A DNA stretch of 59,400 bases from a virus (Duplodnaviria; Caudoviricetes): the IMG/VR virus record IMGVR_UViG_3300032046_000028, positions 1-59,400 of that record. The stretch is one strand, 5' to 3'. Positions 29,332 through 39,663 of the stretch are shown here, piece after piece. Made by a program: the position numbers and the translations under genes. Numbering within the stretch: the first letter of the stretch is position 1; every line of letters begins with the position of its first letter. Below the pieces are notes generated by a model. It was not told where the DNA came from. It saw nothing but the letters and a program-made list of their open reading frames with translations, and did not search any database.

Positions 29332-29802
29332 CTAAGATGTGGGTTGGCCGATAGAAGGATCAGGTTTAGGTGCAAACTCTTTCTTAATCATCGCGTCAAT
29401 AATCTTGCTCATGTCACCATTCTGACCGCGCAATAGTTTGTCAGCCTCTTCACTTACGGTCAAAACAAGCTTTTTTCCCGTTGGCATAGTCCTTTCAACG
29501 TCTAACTGTAACACTTCAATTTCGGCTGGAATATTGTGGGCCGTCACGTTTTTGGGAATGGCCAGCATCAGTTTAGTGATGTGGAGTCTGTAAAGCAGTA
29601 GTTTCCGCTGCATCATGGATGCGCTGGGCAAAAGTTGGCATTCAACCGCCACTTTTTCGCTGCCCTTAATGCCTAACACATCAATGATTCCTGTACCGTT
29701 GACTTGGGCTTTTAGTACTACGGTATAGCCTTGCTTTTCCAAATAGTCTTTAGCAAGCATCATCATTTGTTTGTGGACGTTGCCACCTTCCAAAGTTCTC
29801 AT
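29332..29802 (-). CDS. PD-(D/E)XK domain plus C-terminal RHH
   Basis: IIDVLG…VAVECQ; KLVLTVSEEADKLLR…MSKIIDAMI. Confidence 0.7.
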   Translation of the reverse strand: MRTLEGGNVHKQMMMLAKDYLEKQGYTVVLKAQVNGTGIIDVLGIKGSEKVAVECQLLPSASMMQRKLLLYRLHITKLMLAIPKNVTAHNIPAEIEVLQLDVERTMPTGKKLVLTVSEEADKLLRGQNGDMSKIIDAMIKKEFAPKPDPSIGQPTS

Positions 29803-31226
29803 GTCTTTACCTTGCTGAACCACTTCAAAAACCATTGAATCACATCTTCTTGGTAGAGTTTATAGTCATAGTATGCACCGAATCCCTTGTTTGCCTGAAC
29901 ATAATATTTACCTACATTTGGATTAGGGAATTCTTTTCGGGCCTCAGCCAACATTTCAATAATGTCCGCACAAAATATCGTGGGATATTCCTGCAATTCT
30001 GATTTATCACAGTCAGGAAGGTCTTCTCGTATCCGTTTTTTGAATTTGCCCTCTGATGCTGTACTCATAATAGTCTCCAAAGGCATCTGCCTTTTGAATG
30101 GTTCAGGCGTAGGCGGTTCCGCACCCGCAGGTCTAGTTCTTATTGTTTTATCTCCAGCCTTGAATTTATCTTCATTCATATAGACAGTCTCCAAAGTACA
30201 TATGCCTCACAGAAGTATTTATGTCCTTCCACAGTTTCAAACCCTCACGTAAACACTGGTTTCTTCCATTTACCATCAGCAAAATCAACCGCCGCTTTCT
30301 CAGTGCAAAACTCAGAATAAGATTGGCCTTCACCAAGAAACATGCAGCCCCGCGCAACACGACCCGCATGAACCCATTTGTCACCGCTTTTCATGATTAT
30401 TTCAGTGCCTTCCTTCATGTCAGGCATAACGTAAACTACATCAGCATGTTTAAACCAGTAATTACCCTTACGGCTATAACAGACGACAACATGAACCTGA
30501 CGCCAAACAATGCCGTCTTTCCATTCAATAAGAACTTTCATGTTTCCACCGCATATTTGACGCTGAATTGTCCATGCTGATGCTCCGCAAACCCTAACTT
30601 ACACAAATGCCCCAAAGCATCACGGACCAAGGCAAATGATGCTTTCATGCCTTTCGCAAAAAGCCGTGTCCAAACAGTTTCCACGTTCAAGCCGCCGTTG
30701 CCCTCTTCTAATAGGCACTCAAGCAATTCACTTTCAAGCGGCAAACTTTCCCTAGCATACTTCCAAGCATAACGAATGACAAACTTGAAATCTTCCCGGT
30801 CAACTTTAGCTAAGAGGTCTTGCCAATTACCAGATGTGACTTGTGCTAGTACAGATTCAGCCAAAATAAAATGTTGAGGATCCTTAATGACTTGCCTAAG
30901 TTGTCTCCAGCCCCGTTTGCTAGCTAGGAAAGGCCGTTCTCCCAAAAGAACCGTGAAACATGCGTGACTGTCAGGCTCAGTTAAAACTCTAGCAAGGGCA
31001 GACTCTAACAATTCAGGACTTTCACCCTTATACTCGAACATTCGGGTCATGCTAGAATCTTTAATTTGTAGTTTCATACGTTTCCCTTCAAAGGCAAGGT
31101 CTGAATCTTCTGGCCATTCTTCAATGTAAACTCGAACCAAACATAATCTTCACCCATGAAATTTACGCTGATCTCAACCGCTTCTTGCGGTCCGTCCTTG
31201 AACCATCCTTTTATCCAACATTTCAT
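29799..31226 (-). other. Leftward hypothetical ORFs 29799..~30180, 30245..30541, 30538..31077 (C-terminal wHTH-like) and 31074..31226
   Basis: ATGA-coupled chain; VRDALGHLCKLGF…QFSV. Confidence 0.55.
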
Positions 31227-31251
31227 AGTTTTCAACCTCCCATTAACAAAG

Positions 31252-31720
31252 GGACATTAAGAAGTTTTGCAGGTGCACCGGCCCAACGTGTCAGCACACC
31301 TTAAACCGCATGTGCCAACCCTTCGAAGATAGCCTGTTTAATGCCTGAATCAAATGTTGGGCCAGAAACCTAACCGCCTTAGTTGTTCAGTTGAGAATGT
31401 TGCTTATGCCCAGAACAGTCCAGAAAAAGCACAGTCCGAAACCGTTGAAAACTGATGCTTCAAACGCTGAGTATAGCTTCAACTGTTGGCCAAACCAATG
31501 CAAAGATTCACGTTACATGAGAGCGCGGTTAACCTGTAAGCCCAGGTTGAACAAACTCTAATGCAAAGCAAACCTGACAGCTTTAGACCCAATGCAAGCT
31601 TTAGCAACACAAGCACAAGGTTGTTTCGTTAGCGGTTTCTCATATGCGACTGTTCCAGTATTACACAACACCCGCTTATTGCACCTGCAAACTCTACCCA
31701 TATTTCACCTCTTAATGCCC
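31252..31720 (-). ncRNA. Candidate large structured non-coding RNA (~470 nt)
   Basis: Nested long-range stems: 13 bp (2 GU) 31252-64/31708-20, perfect 12 bp 31266-77/31680-91, 8 bp 31280-87/31356-63, 7 bp 31383-89/31548-54, plus hairpins; no long ORF. Confidence 0.65.
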
Positions 31721-31768
31721 TATTCCCAAAAGGGAATGTCGTCTTAATTTTCAAAGACTCAAAGGGGC

Positions 31769-31945
31769 TTATTCCTGCATCATATTCTTGAGAGATTCGC
31801 CGCACCCTTGCTTATCAAGGTCAAGGGCCAACCTTTTAATGAAAAAGGCCGCCGTAATCGTCCGTTCTTCCTTGACAAGAACTAAGATTTGGCGCAACCT
31901 TTTCGAGAGGGGTTCTACATTCCAAAGTTTTTCTTTTCCATTCAT
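31769..31945 (-). CDS. Hypothetical 58-aa protein (not in track)
   Basis: MNGKEKLWNVEPLSKRLRQILV…; starts just downstream of the hammerhead. Confidence 0.5.
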   Translation of the reverse strand: MNGKEKLWNVEPLSKRLRQILVLVKEERTITAAFFIKRLALDLDKQGCGESLKNMMQE

Positions 31946-31950
31946 GTTTA

Positions 31951-32014
31951 TTCAGCCCGACCCCACAATAAAAAGGGGTTTCGACCTTGCAGGGTCATCA
32001 TCAGGGGTTCTAAA
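31951..32014 (-). ncRNA. Hammerhead ribozyme, type I
   Basis: UUUAG-AA-CCC CUGAUGA U GACC(CUGCAA)GGUC GAAA CCCC(10-nt loop)GGGG UC GGG CUGAA: full core, three stems, GUC cleavage triplet. Confidence 0.85.
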
Positions 32015-32276
32015 CTTTCTTTACCATCGTTGTCGTCTTCGCATACAATTCTCGAACTTCATAGCCTTCCAAGATTTTCTGGTCAACCTGACCTAAATCC
32101 ACACAAGCAACGCTAACAATCTTTGCAGATTTCTCTGAAATCTCATCTATGTCTAAGCTTTTACAATACGGACAAACGTGCAATTCTAAAGGCTCATTAG
32201 ACTCGATCGAAACGGTTGTCGTGTGAATCGCTGGATAAAGAAAAGTCTTTCCACACTTCAAACATTCAAACTTCAT
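32010..32276 (-). CDS. Zinc-ribbon protein (paralog of 15857..16342)
   Basis: MKFECLKC…HVCPYC…EGYEVRELYAK; GGAGGTGA SD. Confidence 0.75.
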   Translation of the reverse strand: MKFECLKCGKTFLYPAIHTTTVSIESNEPLELHVCPYCKSLDIDEISEKSAKIVSVACVDLGQVDQKILEGYEVRELYAKTTTMVKKV

Positions 32277-32437
32277 GCTGTCACCTCCAACTCTTTCAAA
32301 GTAAATACTTGAGTATGATGATCATTGTCGCAGTCAACAAACACGAATATGCCGTTGGGCTGGCAGTAAACAAATTTGACAGTGCCAAACCAAACCGTGC
32401 CACAGCTCTTCCAGCTAACACGCGTTCCCTTCTGCAC
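32273..32437 (-). CDS. Small beta-barrel (SH3/KOW-like) protein (54 aa, not in track)
   Basis: GAGGTGA SD + GTG; KGTRVSW…GTVKFV…ELEV. Confidence 0.55.
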   Translation of the reverse strand: MQKGTRVSWKSCGTVWFGTVKFVYCQPNGIFVFVDCDNDHHTQVFTLKELEVTA

Positions 32438-33029
32438 ATCACTTCACCTCAATATGTTCCCACATGGCCACAAGCAAAACAGATAAACCGCTTGCCGCCC
32501 TTAGGCCCTCCATAGTTCATGTGGGCCTTACATTGTGGGCATACTTGTTGAGTCATCATGTCTTACACCTTTACAAGTATGCATACACTTACCAAGTATA
32601 TAAGGCTTGTGGAAATAGATAACACTTACCAATATAACACAACATACACAAGTAACACACACCTAACAGAGTCACAACAAACCCGCAAAAACCCGCCAAC
32701 AAAAACTTTTTCCCTGGTGCCAATACAACAATAAAGAAACACACTATAGGCAATAACATAACATAGACCAATCCTTGGCCAACAAGCCCACACCTCAATA
32801 AGTCTACTCCGACCTCGAATCAACCAACAACACCACAAACAACAAAACACCCAAAATTATCCATCACAAACCAACACCCGTATACAAAAACGTATACCAA
32901 CAACCACAAAAGTCGTGGCAGCTCGTACACTAAGAGTCCATTATGGCTAGGCTGGTTAGGTGTGTGTGCGGTCAGGCGTATATTTGGTGTACGCAATATA
33001 TTTAAGCAGACAAAGGTATACGTACGGAC

Positions 33030-33347
33030 ATGGACAGAGAAGCATTAATACGCTTGGCAACTGCGATTGATTGTGAAGGATCCGCGTTTATTGCGCATAC
33101 TGGCAAACGTTCTACGCCTAAAGTTGTAATTAGCCAGAAGAATAGAATGTGGTTGGAACGTTTCAGAGAGATGGTTGGATTTGGTTCAATCCAGCGTGCG
33201 GGCCAACATCATGATTGTTTCGACTTGGTTTGGCAGAGCTTCCAAGCGTTGGAAGTCGCATGTTTGACAGTAGACTATACTTGATTGAAGACTGAGAACC
33301 TGAAGAGAATAATTGAGTTCTATTCTGCGAAGGGCATTATCTATTAA
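33030..33347 (+). pseudogene. Single-motif LAGLIDADG-family protein interrupted by an in-frame TGA
   Basis: LATAIDCEGS, ISQK…GFGSI; after TGA (33282-84) the frame continues LKTENLKRIIEFY…*. Confidence 0.7.
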
Positions 33348-33637
33348 GAATCCGAGATATACGTGTACGTGTAGGCGTGTACGTATACTACTTACTACTA
33401 ACTACTACTACTATTCATAACATGAAAAGTATATCCTAAGCATATTATCGAGTGTCTTGCGATTAAGGGTATCAAGTGATAAGCCTTATCGTAAGTCTTA
33501 ACAGTTTGCTCCGAGGTCATAGCAGACAAGGTGCTCCGATAGGCATAGGTCTAAAGGTGCTACACGCCGTGTAGCAAACAAGGGCACGGTATAACTAATA
33601 TACACACTACACCATACCCTATTCACAGTGACCTAAC

Positions 33638-34429
33638 ATGAAAGAAACATTCACCATCATAGGCAAGCGCGGAATAAACATGACTACAATGCAAGGAGAC
33701 ACTGTCAAACAGTGCCCTCACATCAAGCATGGACGCAAGACAGCAGCCTCCGTTGTTGTAAGCCCTTCAACAGTAAAGGACCTATGCACGTCATGTTATA
33801 AGCACTATCAACGCATACATAATCATATACAATACAGCATACCCTAAAAACACAAGCCCTTAGAGACTCAAAACAGACCACCCTTAAAATTCTCAAAACC
33901 TTCACGATCCAAAACTTATCCCACGTAAAGGCGCTTACTTATGCTTAATAGTTTTTGGTGATTGGGGTTTAACTGTGGGTGAACGGAAGAATAATAAGGA
34001 CTTGTTTAGTGTGACCCGAAATCGGGACGTTCTTTATAGGGTATACCTTAAGGATGCACCGTTAGGTTCGTTGATTCTTGGGGGGTATTTCACTAAGAAG
34101 CGTTGGCATAGGTTTTGCGAGTTGGTTGGTAGGTTGGAACGGAGTGATTTAGAATGAGTTGTCCAATACCTGGCACAAAAGATGGTGTTCATCCAGATGG
34201 GTCATATTGCCCTTACTCTATAGCAGTTGTGGGTACGACTGATTTCATATCGGCATCGTTGGTGATGAGCGATTTTGTTTGTCCTGACTGTAATAGTCCA
34301 TGTAATATTCCTGATAATTATTGCTCGAATTGTGGTATACCTTTGAAGGATAAAGAATTGCTGAAGAATCCTCGTCATTATGATTCGCGTTATCTGCCGA
34401 AAGGACTTTCAAGGAGATTTAAGAAGTGA
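33638..34429 (+). other. Small ORFs 33638..33847, 33975..34157 and zinc-ribbon 34154..34429
   Basis: CPDC…YCSNCG in the last. Confidence 0.5.
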
Positions 34430-34977
34430 GTGAACTGACGGTTGACGGTTCGGATGTTAAGGTAGTGGATGTTGAGAACGAACGGTTACGGGAACGTAGG
34501 TTGAAGCTTATTGAGGTTCACCGTAGAGGAATCGACATTTGTAAAGGTGTTGCTGCGCTTGCTAGTGAATATGGGGTTGCTGCTAGTAGTGTGCGGTGGG
34601 ATTGGGAGACTCGTGGGAAATGGTTGCCTAGGCTTGTTGACGTTAGCGATGTTGAACTTGCTAAAGCGTCATTGATAGATGAGTTTGACGCGGTTTTGCG
34701 GGAGTGCTGGGTCGGCGTTGAAGTGATGAAGAGTAAGGAGAGTTGGCATGGTTATAATGGGGCGGTGAAGAATTTGCGGGAGACGCTTGTGGCGCGGGGG
34801 GAATTCCTGCAGAGTCTTGGGGTTTTGCCGAAGGCTGCGTTGGAGTATAAGGTGGAGAGTCGTAAGGAAGAGGTGAAAGTTGGCGTTGACAGAAATGATT
34901 CAGAAGTCCTTTCCCAGGCAGCTCGTATCCTCGACAAAGCAGAGGGCAGCGCAAAACGATCTGACGTACTTCACTGA
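34426..34977 (+). CDS. Terminase small subunit
   Basis: N-terminal HTH (LASEYGVAASSVRWDW), LQSLG motif, directly upstream of TerL. Confidence 0.7.
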   Translation: MSELTVDGSDVKVVDVENERLRERRLKLIEVHRRGIDICKGVAALASEYGVAASSVRWDWETRGKWLPRLVDVSDVELAKASLIDEFDAVLRECWVGVEVMKSKESWHGYNGAVKNLRETLVARGEFLQSLGVLPKAALEYKVESRKEEVKVGVDRNDSEVLSQAARILDKAEGSAKRSDVLH

Positions 34978-36268
34978 GTTTTTGGGGTACGTGAATGCGG
35001 GGTTCCAGAAAGAATGGTACGAGTTTCTCCAGTACAAGTTTTCACCGCTTAAAACTGGAGGGGCTGACGCTGTTCGGCGATTCCTGCTTTTGTGGCCTCG
35101 CGGACACGCTAAAACCGAATGCACCACCATCAACTATGTTACGTGGCTCGTCGGCAACTACCCAGACGTGCACGTTAACATCGTCACCAAAACCGCGAGC
35201 CTTGCCGAAAGCATCCTAGTAGCCATTATTACGCGGTTTGAGAATGATGAACGGTTTATTGACGTTTTTGGCGAGTTAAAACCGAAAAACCCGAAAAAGT
35301 GGACTGGCTACGAATTAATCGTTCAAAGAAAGGAAATTAGCAAGAATGCAACGATTAAAGCAACGGGATTAGGAGGACCAATTACAGGCGGGAGAAGTGA
35401 CCTTATAGTATGCGACGACATCATTGACGAAGAAAACGTCAGAACCCCCCTTCAGATTGATAGAGCTAGGTTATGGTTTAACAAGATTCTGTATCCTACC
35501 CTGTATCCTTGGGGCGGCATTCTTGTTGTTGGTACTCGCTGGAGTTACGCAGACCTTTACAATGACTTACTAGCAAATTGGCCGCATGATGTTAAACGTG
35601 CACAGAACGAATTAGGCGAACCGTTATGGCCAGAATACTGGACTAAAGAAAAACTTGAAGACCGCCGCAGACAGATTGGAACAATCATTTATAACTGCCA
35701 GTACATGAACGACCCAACAGGCATGGAAGGTGACCTACTTAAAAGCGAATGGTTGCACGAGTGGACTTCGGCACCGCCGTCGAATTGTCTTCGCTACGCA
35801 GGTGTTGATCCTGCACTCGGAGAAGGCGACATGCAAAGCGTAGCCACAATCGCCGTTGACAAACAAACGGGTCAAGCCTATTTGGAAGACGTTTATGCGG
35901 AACGCACAAGTTTTCCAGAGTTTTTGAAGAAGATTCAGCATTTGCACACGGTTCACGGTTACAGCAAAATCTTTGTTGAAGCAAACGCTTTCCAAAAAGT
36001 TTTGACGTACCTGCAGGAACTCAGCGGGTTACCTATGGTTACGTCGCAGACAATTAAAAATAAGGAAGAACGGTTCATTCCCATGAGTTCGCATTTTGAA
36101 GCAAAACGGATTCTAGTTAATCCCCTGTTAAATGAGTCGTCAGAGTTTTGGGTGGAATGGGTCCAGTTTCCACGCGGCCAGTATGATGACGCGTTGGATG
36201 CCGTAGAAATTGTGACTCGGGAAACAGTGGGTAAGCATCGTCAAGGGTTTGTGTTGGCGGGAAAATAA
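34880..36268 (+). CDS. terL: Terminase large subunit
   Basis: PRGHAKT, LIVCDD, GTRW, QYMNDP, GVDPA, DDALDA. Confidence 0.95.
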   Translation: MALTEMIQKSFPRQLVSSTKQRAAQNDLTYFTEFLGYVNAGFQKEWYEFLQYKFSPLKTGGADAVRRFLLLWPRGHAKTECTTINYVTWLVGNYPDVHVNIVTKTASLAESILVAIITRFENDERFIDVFGELKPKNPKKWTGYELIVQRKEISKNATIKATGLGGPITGGRSDLIVCDDIIDEENVRTPLQIDRARLWFNKILYPTLYPWGGILVVGTRWSYADLYNDLLANWPHDVKRAQNELGEPLWPEYWTKEKLEDRRRQIGTIIYNCQYMNDPTGMEGDLLKSEWLHEWTSAPPSNCLRYAGVDPALGEGDMQSVATIAVDKQTGQAYLEDVYAERTSFPEFLKKIQHLHTVHGYSKIFVEANAFQKVLTYLQELSGLPMVTSQTIKNKEERFIPMSSHFEAKRILVNPLLNESSEFWVEWVQFPRGQYDDALDAVEIVTRETVGKHRQGFVLAGK

Positions 36269-36389
36269 ATGAAGTTTGAAGAATATTACTGGTACTTCCA
36301 AGACAACTATCTAAAGCAACTACTCATGGCTACAACCATGAAAGGATGGGTTGGGTGGGTTTCAAAACCTATTGAATAGGCGAATTGGA

Positions 36390-36644
36390 ATGAAGTTGTT
36401 CGGAAAAAACGAAGTTGACGTTTCAAAAGAAATGACTCTCAGAATGAAAGAAGCCACAAATGACAGTGCAGGACTTTCTAACCTACTGTGTCCTAGCTGT
36501 GCTCAACTGAAACTGCGAACCATAAGTGTTGAACGGGGCAAAGTTGGGTGGGAAACCAAATTTTTCTGTGACGCCTGCAAAACCGCTGGCGTCTTGAACC
36601 ATACGGGTTTTCATGTTGAACTTTTAAGGGCTGAAAAGAAATGA
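36390..36644 (+). CDS. Zinc-ribbon protein
   Basis: CPSC…CDAC. Confidence 0.55.
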   Translation: MKLFGKNEVDVSKEMTLRMKEATNDSAGLSNLLCPSCAQLKLRTISVERGKVGWETKFFCDACKTAGVLNHTGFHVELLRAEKK

Positions 36645-37897
36645 GTGTAACAGGATTCCAAACTGCTGTTCAGGTTCAGAAGGCAGTTGAAAGTTTCAAA
36701 GGTGGCTTCGTAGGCGCTGGAATCAGCCTTAAAAGTCGCAGAATCAACGTTGGCGAATTCAGTTGGGAAACCCGATGCAAATACTACAACCAGATTGATC
36801 GGCGTCATCCATTGGCAAAAGCTTGCATACGCACGATTGCAGGACAAGTAATGGCAGAAGGCATGTTCCTATTACCTGTCACCGACATGGAAGGCAAACC
36901 GTACCCACAAAGCCTTGACGCGAAAGATGCTTGCGACGAACTTAACGCGCAAATCGGCTTAGACACGATGCTCTACGAAAGCGCAGTCACCCTTGCAAAG
37001 TACGGGAGCGTGTTCTGGGAAAAAAGTTATGACCCGTTTGGCCTGCGGATTATTCCTAACCAAGAACTTATTGAGCCGTCTAAAACGGATGGGTATGGCA
37101 ACATTACTGAATGGCGACAGAAAACATGGAACCAAACCGTTCCAACATGGACAGCAGACGAAATCATCCATATTGGCTGGGACGTAACCACAGACACGTG
37201 GCCCTACGGCACATCATTGCTTGTGGGGTTAGACACGGAATTCGAAATTTTGCAACAGTTAAAAAGCGACATTAAAGAGTTTATGCACCGCACCGCTTTT
37301 CCAAGAGAAATGTACCAGGTTGGCGACGGCGAATTCGTGCCCAGCGGCGACGACATGGAAGTTATTAAGGCCCGAATTAAAGGTTGGGAACCAGGCGAAT
37401 ACATTGTTACTTCTTACCCGATTGAACATAAGTCAGGCGGTACAGGAGACAGTGAAATACGCAACCTCAACGACGTGTTAGGCTTCCTGAAAAATGAGTT
37501 GGTGGACGGGTTGATGACGCCGCCAGTAAGTTACCAGTACAGCAGCACCTACGCAAGCAGTAAAGAAATGATGATTCAGCAACGTGCCAACCTTGTTGTG
37601 CCCATGCAACGGACGTTTAAGCGGAAGTTAGAAACGGAAGTTTACAAGCCTTATCTTGAAGGGTCAGGGTTCAGCGTCAAGGTTACGCCGTCGGTCAGTT
37701 TTGAAAATGCCGAAGCCCATAAGGTTGATTTAGCCAAATTCTACAAAGACCTTGTTGATGCTGGCGTTATGCCGCCTCGTTATGCTGCGAAAGAGTTGGG
37801 GGTGCCGCTGGAAGAATTTGACGCTTGGCAGGAAGAGAAGCAACGGCAACAACAGAAAATGTTCGATCAGAAGGCAGAGGCGGCGCAGGCAGAATAG
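36641..37897 (+). CDS. Portal protein
   Basis: After TerL; YGSVFWE, EIIH…YGTSLL, RYAAKELG. Confidence 0.85.
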   Translation: MSVTGFQTAVQVQKAVESFKGGFVGAGISLKSRRINVGEFSWETRCKYYNQIDRRHPLAKACIRTIAGQVMAEGMFLLPVTDMEGKPYPQSLDAKDACDELNAQIGLDTMLYESAVTLAKYGSVFWEKSYDPFGLRIIPNQELIEPSKTDGYGNITEWRQKTWNQTVPTWTADEIIHIGWDVTTDTWPYGTSLLVGLDTEFEILQQLKSDIKEFMHRTAFPREMYQVGDGEFVPSGDDMEVIKARIKGWEPGEYIVTSYPIEHKSGGTGDSEIRNLNDVLGFLKNELVDGLMTPPVSYQYSSTYASSKEMMIQQRANLVVPMQRTFKRKLETEVYKPYLEGSGFSVKVTPSVSFENAEAHKVDLAKFYKDLVDAGVMPPRYAAKELGVPLEEFDAWQEEKQRQQQKMFDQKAEAAQAE

Positions 37898-37944
37898 GCA
37901 ATAGGAGACAAACCAAAAGAGACTTTGAAAAAAAGTGAACCAGC

Positions 37945-38202
37945 ATGATAGAACATCCAAGTTTGAAAAGTATATCCAAATCTAAAGAGTCTCTAGAGGA
38001 AGAGTTGAAACGGAAAATCACGGAATTACAAACAGAAACTTTAGACACAAAAGAAAGGCTTGACAAGATCATGGATTTAAAACAGAAATTCACTGAATTG
38101 CAGGAACAGCAAAATGTTTTGCAGTCACAACAAAAACAGGAATTGGACGAGTTAGAAAAAGAAGCGTTAAAACTGATTATTCAAAGGCTGAAGCGGTCAT
38201 AA
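37945..38202 (+). CDS. Coiled-coil protein
   Basis: E/K/Q heptads. Confidence 0.55.
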   Translation: MIEHPSLKSISKSKESLEEELKRKITELQTETLDTKERLDKIMDLKQKFTELQEQQNVLQSQQKQELDELEKEALKLIIQRLKRS

Positions 38203-38218
38203 CCAAAAATTATAATGC

Positions 38219-38833
38219 GTGTCGATGGAGGTGAAACATGACATGGTAGCAACAGTAAGCATATACTTCGACTTCGGAGGAGTAGATGGCGCTCCTGGCA
38301 CAGAGCAAGATGTTGATGCGTTAGGGCCGCCGCAACTAAGGTTCAAATTGGCAGATAACGCAACGATTGACACAAACGCCAAACTCGTGATTCCTGCCGC
38401 TGGCACAAACTACAGCTTATGGAAGCAGGTTTACCTATACTGCGACAATGCTGACAGTCACAGTTTGAACAACCTGAAATTCTATGCTGACGGAACCAAC
38501 AATTTCGGAACAGGCGTAAACCTTTATGTAGGCCTACAGTTTCCAACTAAAACCAACGCCTTAAACACTGGCTACGAACTGCCAACTTTAACAGGTGATT
38601 CAGGCGACGAAATGGTTGCGGGACACACTATCATAACGACCAGTGCATCTGTCTTTGACTACACAAGCGCCGCGCCCCTTACGGGTCCAACCATCAGCGA
38701 AGCAGGCGGAGTCATAGATGCGGTTGGCGAAACAAGCAATTATCTAGTGTTGCAAATGAATGTGGCAAACACAGCAAGTCCAGGCGAATTGCCAGTTGAT
38801 GAAACCTTAACGATTCAATACGACGAAGCGTGA
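38219..38833 (+). CDS. Putative virion structural protein
   Basis: Beta-rich, acidic, ends TIQYDEA; GGAGGTGA SD near start. Confidence 0.6.
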   Translation: MSMEVKHDMVATVSIYFDFGGVDGAPGTEQDVDALGPPQLRFKLADNATIDTNAKLVIPAAGTNYSLWKQVYLYCDNADSHSLNNLKFYADGTNNFGTGVNLYVGLQFPTKTNALNTGYELPTLTGDSGDEMVAGHTIITTSASVFDYTSAAPLTGPTISEAGGVIDAVGETSNYLVLQMNVANTASPGELPVDETLTIQYDEA

Positions 38834-38837
38834 TATA

Positions 38838-39323
38838 ATGCGCGAAACCGAAACAAATACTTCTAAGAAAATATACCGTGAGGTTTCTGCAGGTTTAACT
38901 TGGCAAGCCATTTATCTAAACAAAACGATCAACCAATACAATGCGGATGGCACGCAGAACAGTTATAGCGAACTCAACTATGAAGGGTTAACCGCGTTTA
39001 ATCTAGTCAACGAAAAAGGCAACATTATAGTGTCTGTTCCGTTAGGCGGGGGTAAGAAACTGTTTTATCGGATGCGTGTGGCACTGTTTGTCGGCTCAAA
39101 GGTTAGGGAACGAATCTTCATTGTTGGTTGGCAAACAGCGAATAACAGGCAGATTTGGGTTGTAGATTCGCATGGACAAACAAAAACGTTTAAGAATTGG
39201 GACGAAAAGAGCCAGTGGCTTTATGCACCGCAATTCTTTCCGAAAGAAGAACCCGCCAAATCAACTGCGCCTTCTCCTGTTCGACCGCGAATATTGAGGT
39301 CTTCACGACTGCGAGAACCATAA
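38838..39323 (+). CDS. Hypothetical virion-module protein
   Basis: Follows structural gene. Confidence 0.55.
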   Translation: MRETETNTSKKIYREVSAGLTWQAIYLNKTINQYNADGTQNSYSELNYEGLTAFNLVNEKGNIIVSVPLGGGKKLFYRMRVALFVGSKVRERIFIVGWQTANNRQIWVVDSHGQTKTFKNWDEKSQWLYAPQFFPKEEPAKSTAPSPVRPRILRSSRLREP

Positions 39324-39383
39324 ATGTTAATGTGGCAACTTCGCTAGAGAACAGTTCCAGTTTTCCTTATATGTTACGCATAT

Positions 39384-39512
39384 TTACGTACTGATGGAGA
39401 CATCAGTATGAGCAGTATCGGGACTACCAACATACATTCCTAGAACAAAGAAAACCAGTCCAAGCAGAAGAAATGTCATAAGCACCATTATACCCCGTTT
39501 CCTTACATTCAT
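39384..39512 (-). CDS. 42-aa single-TM peptide (not in track)
   Basis: MNVRKRGIMVLMTFLLLGLVFFVLG…; ATGA-coupled to AbrB. Confidence 0.5.
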   Translation of the reverse strand: MNVRKRGIMVLMTFLLLGLVFFVLGMYVGSPDTAHTDVSIST

Positions 39513-39649
39513 TTCTTTCTAACCTCCACATGTTGATTCGTAACATTCCAGATTAGTTTGTCGCCCTTTTCCAACTTCAAACCTTTCTGAATAGCAATAG
39601 GAATTGTGGTTATTCCGCGAGTTCCAACAGTAGACTCGGCAACATCCAT
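39509..39649 (-). CDS. AbrB/MazE/SpoVT-family DNA-binding protein (46 aa, not in track)
   Basis: STVGTRGITTIPIAIQKGLKLEKGDKLIW…VEVRK. Confidence 0.75.
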   Translation of the reverse strand: MDVAESTVGTRGITTIPIAIQKGLKLEKGDKLIWNVTNQHVEVRKK

Positions 39650-39663
39650 CCTTATTTTCCTCG

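Noticed and set aside
32589-32850. Hydrophobic Cys/Val-rich ORFs
   Set aside because: Composition follows from the extreme AC/GT skew; two overlapping frames look equally artefactual
33282-33284. Genome-wide TGA reassignment
   Set aside because: TGA is used as a normal stop in many ATGA-coupled genes and core genes are intact
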